A stretch of DNA of 49,553 nt, counting the filler, from Streblomastix strix (taxonomy: Eukaryota), in assembly GCA_008636045.1 (NCBI GenBank). It is 3 parts of 3 records of this genome, joined end to end, with 100 filler letters (N's around TTAATTAATTAA, not from the genome) between each part and the next. Parts side by side here need not be neighbours in the genome. Positions count along the whole stretch, not along the records: positions 33,106 to 49,553 come from SNRW01000810.1; 2 more parts are not named here. The stretch is one strand, 5' to 3'. The translations under genes were made by a program, and so were the position numbers. Under the pieces are notes generated by a model that worked only from the letters and a program-made list of their open reading frames with translations, was not told the DNA's origin and ran no database searches. The stretch's first letter is position 1, and the number at the start of each line of letters is the position of its first letter. Positions 39,332 to 49,553 of this stretch are shown in pieces.

Positions 39332-41420
39332 TCATTGTTCTTTGTAGTATGCATCAAATTATAATGCGTGGGATCTTCAGAATATATTAGTTCCATTGTT
39401 ATAGAAACCACCATCTGTTCCAAGACTATTTGCACCCCATAAGATTGAATTACCTTATGAATAATTAACTGAACCGTTAGCTGCACCTGTTCCTGCAATA
39501 AACTAACCATTGAAAGATAATGTGTTTCCATCTGCAGATGTTTATAATCTTCTATCAGCCGATCCTTCTTATCCTGCTTTTACGATAGTAAAGCCAAGTT
39601 GATTTTGACTAATATTTCCTATTGTTCCTATCAGCCATTAATTATCAATAAAACCAGTATTTGAATTTGGATCACTGCCAAATTATATATTACTCTATTA
39701 GTTGATTGGGATCCAACTTATTCTTATCCCTTCGTTAAATGTACCATCAACTTTTGGAATTACTTATAATAATTTACTGAATGTTTTTACACCAGTAATT
39801 GTTTAATCAGTACCAACATCAACTAATCCATTACCATTAAATGTTAATGTATTTCCATTAGCACTAATTTATAATCCTCTAGTATTGTCACCAGCTTAAG
39901 ATGTCACCGCTATTACAAAACTATAAGGGTAACTAATGCACCATTTGATGGTGTAAATATTGACAATTACCCTTCAATAAGCCCAGTGTTAGATGTTCTA
40001 CTACATCCTAACTAAATCGATGAATTGCCTATTTTTGTAGCAGATCTGGATATTCTCAAACCGTCATCATAACTAGTTGCTGTAGGATTTATTTACATAC
40101 TATCTTTTTATGTGAATGGAGCTTTATTTATAGTAAAGTCATTTGCTTATAAATTAGGTAATAACTCTAATGAATCTATAAAATCAGTTGGCATTTAATC
40201 ATCAGGTTCCGATGTTAATATATCAGTAATACATTCAGGATGATTGAACGGTTCAATTGTTTATGTTATCTATGCTTCACAGCAATATTTTTATAATCAA
40301 CACCATAAATCTGCTGTTTTATTTATTTCTTCACCATAGTACAATACAATAGGATTATCAATATTCTCATTAATGCAAATACATGGATTATAGTTATATA
40401 TGAAGCCCCCATACGTTCGTTATACAATAAATTTGCTGACATTTTTTCAAATCCCTATCTACTTTAAAAAAGCAAATTCAATAAATGTATATTAAAGATC
40501 GGTGCTTGCGTTAAAATGGCATAATTTAATATATTTACTAGCACAAGTATTATTTTATATATTTTTAACTTTAACGCCATTAATATATTTAGTATCTCCA
40601 TTCGCTAACAATATGTCGTTATTTGTTCCACCAGTTTTAATAAATTTTGTAGCAGTTACACTTCATTCATATGTCAATTGTAATGGATGAACATGATCAT
40701 GTCTAGCGTAAAAAGCTGAAGTGCCATTAACTCCAACACTATAAACGAATGGAATTATCGAAACATTAGTTTCTACATTAATTGGAAGTAAGTGATCGTT
40801 TCTAGCATAGTAATTAGTTGTACCAACTGATTCACTAGCACTATCTTGCGTAGGTATTGTAGTTGTTTTATTTAATGGATGAGAATGATCGTTTCTTGTA
40901 TAATAATAAGATGTACCAACTGATCCACAAGCACTATCCTGTGGGGATATAGAAGTAGTTATATTTAATGGATGAACATGATCAACACGTGAATATTCAG
41001 TATTAATTCCTGCAGTTACTGTACCATCAGATTGGAGATTTGCATCACTTGCAGGTGCAACATAATCCGGTACTACTTAATCTGTTTCATACCAACTAGT
41101 ATCATATATCCGTACTAATTAATCTTCAGCACTATAAGCATAATCACCTTTAGAAACACCGGTAAGAGCAAGTATTTCATCGTTAGTTGTAAAATAACCC
41201 CTGGAATGAGTCCATCGTTATAACTCAGTATTAATATCTAATACATCAGCCTATAGCTATCCTATGTCTTAACTGCATCCATTAATCTTTTACTATATGT
41301 TTTAAACTTATGATTCTAGTATTAATGTTTTTTACAGGAAATCATTGTGTATTAGTTGTATATTGTTAACTATCAATAGAACATCTCACGTTATTTTCAT
41401 CGCATAATCTGATGGGTTAT
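39332..41420 (-). pseudogene. Fibre/tail-fibre-like protein 1 with YxRxDHxHP repeats
   Basis: N-terminal coiled coil, RGYFTT segment, four repeats (YSRVDHVHP, YTRNDHSHP, YARNDHLLP, YARHDHVHP), ATKFIKTGGTNNDILLANGD, DQTITGVKTF and two copies of an ~90-aa module ending LQxSAxGNTLxFNG; internal TGAs (40663, 39377) and frameshifts. Confidence 0.7.
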
Positions 41421-41807
41421 TCTTATGACAATACAGTAGGTTATTCTAATCATCAATTAATAATTAATTGTTATCATTCTCCGTAACACCATTCGAACTA
41501 CTCCTCTTTGAGTATTATATATAATAACTAATATCTGAATGTATTAATCGTTTGATTACTGACAATTACTATTACGAAAGAGAAGGTATTTATAATAATT
41601 TAAATGAATATAGTATCATTTATCATGACAATTTTTAATTATATATTCTATGGTACTAACTTCTTATTATCGGTCATTTGTTTATCGATACCAGATCATG
41701 CATAAGAGTTAATCAATGTACTTAAAAAGCTTTGGGGTTATCTTGATGTGATAGTGATTCCAATTAGTATTATAATCTATATTGTTAAATTCTTTTATCA
41801 TCGTAAA

Positions 41808-43020
41808 ATGCCAATTAAAAAGAATTATAATCAAAGATTCTAGATCCAAGGGGTATAACATTGGAGTTAATATACGATTGATGAGTTGTAATAGTTAGTA
41901 TAATTAGCGATTGATGATAAGGATCTTAAATTAGATTAACATTATCGATACCTAATTACTTTAAAATTGATTAATTAAAACAATAAAAATGAGTCTATCA
42001 GAGATAAAGCAAATATAGTTTGATACTTATAATATGTTAGATGAATATAAAATGAAACCATTAATCTCTAAATCTATCTTTCTTATTAACGCAAACCATT
42101 ATATTGTAGGAGCTGCTGGAAGTAATAAAACAACAATAATGAGTAAACTAATTGTATTGTATAAACATATAATTAACCCCTATATATTAAACTTCTCAAA
42201 TATGGGACCTGATGAAAGTATGTCAATAAATATGAATGATAAAAATATAACAATTAATAAAATAACTTATGATGATGCAATGATGTTCTTAACTTAGTTC
42301 CATGAGATTAAATATAATATTAAAGATATATATTCCTATTGGAAATTAAAGCAAATGAAAGTTAAATATAATAGTGATTACAATAAATAACTTAAGAAAA
42401 ATATGTATGTTGCGAATGAAATAAAAATGGATGAAACATATTAATAGTTTACAACTAGAATGAAAGAGTAATTTAAGATCTATTGCATTGAATCTATTAA
42501 TGAATATTACTAACCCTCGAAATTAATGTAATATGTTATTCCACCACTTGTTTAAAATGTTAGTTATGAGAATAGATTAAAAATAATTGACACATAAGAG
42601 ATAGATGAAGTTGGAGTATCGATAATTAAAACACTAAAATTACCTATTCTTTAAAATGCACGATTATTATCTACATTAATGATCTTTGATGATATTGGTT
42701 CAAATACCGATATATAAAGATATACTTCATAGTTATCTCGTACAATAACTCGTCTCGTTATTGATAGTAGACATTCTAAAAATACACTATTTTTTGTTGA
42801 TTAACGAATGTAATACTTGTTTAAAACTGCTCGAATATTATGCCATGTGATAGTGCTTGGGGTTAGTTTAGGAGATAGTGATTTGAAATAAATTTATGAT
42901 GAGAATAATATTAACACACTATCGGAGTAAAAGTTAATGATATTATATAATACCTTGAATAGGCATGAGTTTATTGTTATCAATAAGTGGTTGTAACGCT
43001 TTGAGATAATACGTAATTGA
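41808..43020 (+). pseudogene. A32-like (FtsK-HerA superfamily) genome-packaging ATPase; 5' part frameshifted, core frame 42034-43020 open
   Basis: HYIVGAAGSNKTT (Walker A, 42109-42135), LMIFDD (Walker B, DD at 42688-42693), DSRHSKNTLFFVDQ (RH motif plus conserved Gln) and LFKTAR (conserved Arg), C-terminal HEFIVIN; TGA ends at 43020. Confidence 0.85.
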
Positions 43021-43197
43021 TTCATTTCATTCACGCTAATGTATTTTTATTTTTGGATATAAAAGATATAGGAAATAATTAGTAGTATTTCATTAATGAT
43101 TATGGCTTGTAATCACTTATTAAGTTGTATAATATCAATATAACAGATTTCAATTGATAATTAAGAGATTAGTGATGAAGTAAGAAATTCAATTTAT

Positions 43198-43938
43198 TCA
43201 TGATTAATTATTAATAGCATATGAATCACATACCTAAACGCAAAAATCATCAGGTAAACTTAGCTAACACATTGTATTAATTATAATATTACCGTTAGGA
43301 TTAATAAAACAATCAATTGGAATAGCACCATTCCAGCATATTGGATAATCAATAATTTCTTATGCAAACCTAACTGCATTTAAAGGTATATTTCTAGATG
43401 TTCCTGTAAATTTTGGCTTTATAGCATTATTAACGATTGAGAATAACATATGTCCTGATTCCCATTCAGAGTTAGGATCAGAGTGAAATATTTGAAGTGA
43501 TATATACTATATCATTTTAAGTTGTTAATGTACCCCAAATTCGTTATTAATACATTTCATATGCAATTGATTATTATGTAGCATCTTCAATAGGTTAATA
43601 GTCTAATTTATCCTTATCAATAGTATCTCCATTAGCTAATAAAATTTAGTTATTTGTTCCATTAGTTTTTATAAATTAATCGCAAAAGATTGATTGAATG
43701 AATTATTTATATCCTGCTACTGTTTGATAAGTATCAAATGTCATTAAATTAGATAAATCAACATTCTTAGTTTTCATGTATTAGTTGAAATAAGTAAACA
43801 GATTAATAATCTCTTAATCAATGAATGATGTTAATTATTTTATAGTTTTTCTAATTACTTTACTTCTTCTAATTTTTATTATATCTCTTACAGATATTTT
43901 TGTATATTAATTAACTCCCATTCATTTTACTCTTCCAT
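43198..43938 (-). pseudogene. Fibre-like protein 2 (short), frameshifted
   Basis: DTYQTVAGQKQF and FIKTNGTNNQILLANGDT motifs shared with fibre 1, followed by a distinct beta-rich C-terminal domain (..IPIDCFINPNGNIIIN..VQVCDSYAI). Confidence 0.62.
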
Positions 43939-43968
43939 TTGTAGTTTGGAATAAAAAATATTTAAGTT

Positions 43969-44619
43969 TCAAATTTCGTTTTTATCTATATAACTCTCTA
44001 TAATATCTGATAAACGTATAAGATCAACATTCACACGATACAGTTTCTCAATTGTGTTATATAAAGCATTGCTAATAACTTTGAATGAAGCATTTTTTAT
44101 TAAAATATCTTATACTCTAACTAGGTCTTTTTTCTTATATTTCTTAGGTATACATGAATGATTTTAAATGATTGGTTCTTCAAATACTATTTCAATATCA
44201 TCTTCATTTTCTTATGTTATTAATGAAATCAGTTTAATGAAATTATCGGAGCTGAATATTAAATCTTCTCTTTATCTTCTATGAGTTGATGTAGGCCAAA
44301 TTGTTTCAATAATAAACTTCATTACCTATGAATTAGGATGAGATAGAGAAGTATTTTTAACTACTTCCTCAGGTTCAGCTTAAGCAATCTCTCATTCTAC
44401 TTCGTTGTATTTATTTTTATTTTAATCTCTCTTAGGTTTATCTTCTTTAATGATATCTTCTTACTTAGTTTCTTATTATAGAGTTGATAAGTTTCTCAAG
44501 GCTTAATCAATCGATTATAATCTAAGTTTATCTTCCTCTGATAACTCTTTCTTCGTGTCTTCGATTTATTTCTTTGATTTACTCATACGGAGCTAATTCC
44601 TCTCGATACTTGAAACCAT
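43969..44619 (-). pseudogene. Hypothetical viral protein (~216 codons, one internal TGA)
   Basis: MVSSIERNQLRMSKSKK..HPNSQVMKFIIETIWP..NFIKLISLIT..DKNEI*; one in-frame TGA near 44393. Confidence 0.55.
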
Positions 44620-44687
44620 TTAAATCAATTAAAAAATTTTTCATTGATAAATAGATAAGTCATAAGCTTTAAGAAAATTAAAAGAAA

Positions 44688-45243
44688 ATGGAACAACTTT
44701 CTAAAGTTTTACTGGAGGATATTTAATGTAAATAGATAAATAGATTAAGGTATATGAAGATGGTTAGAAGGCTCCTAAAGTATTAACATAGCTTAGTAAA
44801 ATAAGTTATTATAGATGCCTACAATAAAATAAAACGAGTAAGACAATCGATTCATGTTTCAAGATGATGATGAAGATGATAGTGAAGAAGAATATGAAGT
44901 ATAAATACCAGTAGTTAAAAAGAAGGTTAAAGCAATATAAAAATAATCTAATATTAAATATACTACTCCATAGATAGATCTTGAAAAACTAATTAAATTA
45001 CGAACTGAAAATTAATTCATTAAGTAATAACATATTGAATCATAAAAACAAATTAATAAATATAAGAATAAACTTAAATCAATGAAACAAATTAAAGAAT
45101 CTACTATTAAAGAAACCGAAGGTTTGAGCTATGCTAAATAGCCTATCGATTAATAATAACCAACTTAAGAATAACCAATTTAAGAATAACCAATTTAAGA
45201 GTAAGTTAATGAAAGATATATTAATGAGTTTGAGTTATAATGA
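44688..45243 (+). pseudogene. Hypothetical acidic/coiled-coil viral protein with QEQPI repeats, frameshifted
   Basis: MEQLSKVFTGGYLMQID.., then in another frame DDDEDDSEEEYEV..IDLEKLIKLRTEN..QPTQEQPIQEQPIQEQ. Confidence 0.5.
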
Positions 45244-45899
45244 TTATCGCCTTTGTGATAAGAATCTTTTATTATTATTATTATTCGTAATTTCTGAAAA
45301 TTATTGATTTTGATCATTTTTTTATTCATTTTTTTGGTATTATTTACAAAATCGTTGAAATTAAGCTTTTGCTAAGAATGATGTTTATCGTTGTTTAAAA
45401 CAAGTATTGATACTGACTTGTTTATGACGCGGTAGTTATGTGGATTTGTCCTACGATTATTGAATGTACTATTTTTGTAAATATAGATTGAAATTATAGA
45501 TATTTATTCTGTTATTTATTCTGAATTTCTGAGGCGCGTTTATTTTGAAAATAATCGTACGATTTTAAAAATAGAGCGAATCTCGCTAATAATATTTTCT
45601 GACATATTTAGTGATATTGATGAAAAAATATGCTTAATAAAGATGAGATATAATTTTCAAAGGTGACTGAAATTATAAAACTTTTTTAAAAAGATGATGA
45701 GCTACAGATTAAAAAATATAAAAGGAATTAAAAATAACTATCAATTATAAAATATTAATGAAATTGTAAATATTAAATCAAAAAAAATTTAACTTGAGAA
45801 ACAAAAATGATATAACTGTTTAAGAAAATCGGGAAAATAAAGAAAAATTAAAAATTTTTGCTTTTTTTTCGTTCATATTGAACTATTCTCGTAAAAGAG

Positions 45900-47110
45900 A
45901 GATGAAATGGAAGATTTTGGATGCTTCTATTAATCAGATCCCTTTCATAATTCTAGATGAGTCTTCAAGCCTCTACCAAAATGAGCCCTAGTTCGATTGA
46001 ACAATTTTTGGTTACATTTTTTGCATAAGTATCCACCTACTACCCGATCAATATCTTTAATGAACATAGCGTGGTCTTATGGGTTACCATCACCTTGAAT
46101 CGATAATGAAGTTAATTAAATATGACTAGTTACTCACTCTTAGTTAACAATATATTCATTAATTTTATTGAAATATTTTTCAGAGTGATCATATAAAGAA
46201 GTCATTACGTTTAGCTTGAAGCATTATTGGAATTTTTCTAGATCTGCGTCTTAGTTGAATCCTTCATAATTTTTAACAATTGTTTTTATTCTTTATTTAA
46301 TCTTCCTTCCTTTTTACGAATTTAATCATTATACTATAGGAACAATTCATTTGCATTTGTGATTCGTGTTTTTGTTTTATTTATTTCAGAATGTAATTAA
46401 AATAAATTAATTATAGACCAACAAATATTATATTTACAATCTATTGATCTAGGGTAATCATGCTCATTAAACAATTATACTTCAGATCTTAATTTAGTTC
46501 CAAGTGGTAATTCATAAACAATAATAACAAATGAATAAAGTGCAACTTTTCTAGCGTTAGATTCCTAGTGAAGAGGATATTAATCTTCGTAAATCATATC
46601 ATGGATTCTATCTTTGAATAATTTATGCGATCACTTATCTCATATAATTATTGGGTAATTTTTATGAGAATTTTCTAATGATGGTTTATAATAATGATAG
46701 CTAAAGTCGTTTCTGATTTTTGTCTTGATATAAGTTGATTCAATAGTTTACCAGTTACTTCAAAAATCCACAGCTATCGTATTTATTTTAATTTTATGTA
46801 ATTCATATACTTATGTTAATTTGTAATCGAATTATTAAAGATGAGTAAATTTATTAAAGTAACATATATTGTAAGGTTCTTTATTTTAAATATTATTCCC
46901 CTATGCTGCATTATCAGATAACCCGTTAAGATTAACCTCATTCTATTCACAATATAGCTTTCTTGCTTCAAATAGAATCGCACTAAATTTCTTCTAATCA
47001 TCAGGTGAAAAAAAACATAAATGCCTTGAGCTAATCAGCAATATTAGACGAAGTAGCGCTCATGCAAGTGTTGTATTCAATAGTGAAATCGAGATTAGAT
47101 TCTTATAATT
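45900..47110 (-). pseudogene. N-terminal region of a protein-primed DNA polymerase B (Polinton type), truncated before the exonuclease/polymerase domains
   Basis: ESNARKVALYSFVIIVYELPLG, DCKYNICW, YEGFNQDADLEKFQQCFKLNV, DHAMFIKDIDRVVGGYLCKKCNQKLF..LKTHLEL*: the NxC(F/W)...HxxxIKD...CxxC...H layout seen in Polinton pPolB N-termini; multiple stops and frameshifts. Confidence 0.6.
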
Positions 47111-47975
47111 GTTTATTTTTATAAAATCCAAATAATGGTTAAGTTAGTTTTGCTTACCTAATGATATACTCTTATTCTGTTAGTTTATTTTTATTTATAT
47201 CGGATAATTTTTCATCCCTAATTCGTTTCAATTATTTGAATGTATTATTCAAATCTTTTAAGAAATGCGTTATTATTTTTTTATTTCGTTGGTATTATTG
47301 TTGTATTTTCCTAGCTGCTTGGATTGGTTATATCAAGTCAAAATTATATGCTAACATCGATTTTGTATCGATTAATTGTTTCTAACTAATCGGATTCAAA
47401 TTATTGATTCTTTAATTTTTTAATTAATTAATTTATTATACTTATTTATCCTTTAATTCTTATAGTTACCTCTTTGCATCTTTGATTTATTAACGATTTC
47501 TCATTGACTTCTTGACAGTATCGATAGCCTTAATCTCATTGAGTTAGTCACTATCATTAGCCAATTGATTAGTCCATTCTTATAACTTTGTCACTTATTA
47601 TCTTAGTTCAATTTACTTATTAATTCAATCCAATTTCTCGGCGGCTAATTTCAATTTTTATTTAGCTTTTATTCTTTCTTTTTATAATTATATTAACTCT
47701 TATTCATCATTTTATTCATCATTTTATTCATTATTTTCTTCATTATTTTATTCATTATTTTCTGTAACATTTATTGTTGACTTTTCTTGAACTTTGCTGT
47801 GAACAAACTCTCTTGTCTTAGTAATGCTACTCTTTGGTCCAGTGTAACCTTATGCTTTGATTGTTTACATCAATAATTATTCAAGTACTGGTTTGGCTGA
47901 TTTAGTATTATGATGAGCTTCAAGTTGATTGAGCGTATCACGAACTTCTGAAATCAGAAAATATTTTCTTGCCAT
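47110..47975 (-). CDS. Hypothetical coiled-coil protein, possibly the extreme N-terminus of the pPolB ORF
   Basis: MARKYFLISEVRDTLNQLEAHH.., NEQN/DEQN repeats and K/Q/E heptads; directly upstream of and co-oriented with the pPolB remnant; frame probably disrupted. Confidence 0.45.
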
Positions 47976-49553
47976 TTTTGAACCCGATAAAAAGTTGAGA
48001 AAGACGATTAAAAGTTGATTAAGATGATTAAAATTAGAATTTTTACAGCTTCGAAATATGTCACAATTAAACTAAGACTAACTAGAAATATTATAAAATT
48101 TATCAAAATTAACATCACCTGAATAGATTAGATAGTTCATGTTAGACAACCTTGCACTAGATTAAATTAAATCATTCATCATTAATAAATATGGGAGGTT
48201 CCGCCCAGAACCAACGAGTATAGTTTTTTTATAAAAACACATTAGAAATTATTATAGAAACATTTTTCGTAAATGTAAAAAAGTCAGTTTTGCATATCTG
48301 GAAAAAACGGTGAAAAATATAATCTCGATTTTAAAGTCGCAGAAATATGATTTATGATTATTATTTATATTTATATTAATTTATTAAATTATTTCAGATA
48401 CAAAAATTACAAATTTAGTAATTTTTTTCCGTAGTGCGAGCAAAAACCAGCAAATTTTTACATTTTCCATTTTTTACGTTATTCGTAATTTCAAACACTT
48501 CATTTTTGGTAATTTAGTGAAATAAATATTATTTTATAATTGTTTATATCATTAATTTTATTTTATGCTTTAAGCGATATGAGCAATTCGCAAAAAAAAA
48601 TAAAAAATGTTTTATTACAACGCACAGCTATTAATTTATGAATTTTTTATTATTAAATAACTGCAAAATATAATATTTAAAAATTTAAAACATAAAAACA
48701 GTAAATACAAATGAAACAACCGCAAAAAATGAAAAAATAAAAAAAAAATTTATAGAATTATTTTGAATGTATTTAATTTCATCAATTGAATCCATATAAT
48801 TAATTAATAAAATAATTTCTGAAAATTTATTAAATATTTCACTATTTTTTTTATAAATTCTCTATTATTTAAAATTTAAATTAATTTTCAAACAATTTTT
48901 ATTTTGCAAATTATCTAATTTTCCAAAATTTTTACTAAACTAAATTTTAACAAAACAATATGTTTGGATTACGCATTTGAATTTCTGATGAAAAATAGTT
49001 ATTTTCAACTTTTTTCTAGGGGTATCTTGAATTTTTCCCTTACTATTTCAAAAAGATTCATTTTTTGCATTTCGATTTATTCAATATTTTAGTATTTATT
49101 ACTATTCACAATAAATTAGGGAGAGTTTTATCGATTGTTGAAACTACAATTTGGATCGGTTCGTCACGATGACCTTCTGAAATGGCAAAGGATAAATATG
49201 TTTGATTTTATCACTTTCATTGATATTCTATCGTTATAAAAGAGTATTTACGTTAATTCTCTTCATTTTTTTGAACAATACGTCGTAATGTCTGAAAATA
49301 TTCTTGCATGCATGTTGTAATATGTGATAAATATGGAATATTTCATATTTTCTTGAAATATTTCTTGTTTTTGAGAGAAAATGTTTTCAACAAACAGTAA
49401 AAGATATATCTTAAGAATTGATAAATGATCAAATTTGTCGCAAAGGTATATCTATATACTTTTTGGACATAAAAAAAATGTAAATGGTTTGATAATGGGA
49501 TTCCTCTAAATAGCTTTATTTTCAATTATTTTTATTAAATTTGCATAATTTAT

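Larger units (their letters stand above)
36825..47975. mobile_element. Decayed endogenous Polinton-like virus / Maverick-related element
   Basis: Dense cluster of about ten apparently intronless ORFs on both strands, including an A32-like packaging ATPase, a capsid-like protein, two fibre-like proteins and a pPolB N-terminal region; flanked by gene-poor AT-rich DNA. Ends and TIRs not identified. Confidence 0.8.

Noticed and set aside
39332..41420. Diversity-generating retroelement acting on the fibre genes, or a contaminating prophage
   Set aside because: No near-identical TR/VR pair with adenine-specific mismatches; the only RT is DIRS-type and on another contig; the genes use TAR=Gln and no terminase, portal or HK97 capsid is seen.
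36825..47110. TGA read-through (Trp or Sec) in viral or DIRS genes
   Set aside because: Internal TGAs fall at positions expected to be Trp, Gly or Cys, each one substitution away, and co-occur with frameshifts; intact host genes end in TGA. Decay is the simpler explanation.
254..49525. Most ORFs in the supplied six-frame track
   Set aside because: Computed with TAA/TAG as stops; most are antisense or out-of-frame shadows. Only a few (2676, 6629, 10929, 32587, 42034) are fragments of real genes.

Overview
Very AT-rich eukaryotic DNA made of three unrelated contigs (1-16455, 16556-33005, 33106-49553) joined by artificial 100-nt N44-TTAATTAATTAA-N44 spacers. The standard-code ORF track is largely uninformative: genes open up only when TAA/TAG are read as Gln and TGA is the sole stop (translation table 6). 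Spliceosomal GT-AG introns are frequent. This combination points to an oxymonad such as Streblomastix (inference; a ciliate is not excluded). Contig 1 holds a decayed DIRS-type tyrosine-recombinase retrotransposon (RT-RNaseH-adenine methyltransferase, YR), a divergent pair of PHO80/PCL-like cyclins, a 512-aa hypothetical protein and a multi-intron, membrane-anchored beta-helix-like surface protein. Contig 2 holds a long Q/S/N-rich protein ending in a cold-shock-like OB domain, a protein with three calponin-homology-like domains, a SPRY protein, a 1131-aa coiled-coil protein with UVR-like motifs, a duplicated ~260-350 bp noncoding element downstream of two unrelated genes, and a truncated HNH endonuclease. 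Contig 3 holds the main find: an ~11 kb decayed endogenous Polinton-like DNA virus written in the host TAR=Gln code. It has an A32-type packaging ATPase, a probable major capsid protein, the N-terminal part of a protein-primed DNA polymerase B and two genes resembling phage tail fibres. All translations were done by eye, no database searches were run, and boundaries of pseudogenes and spliced genes are approximate.
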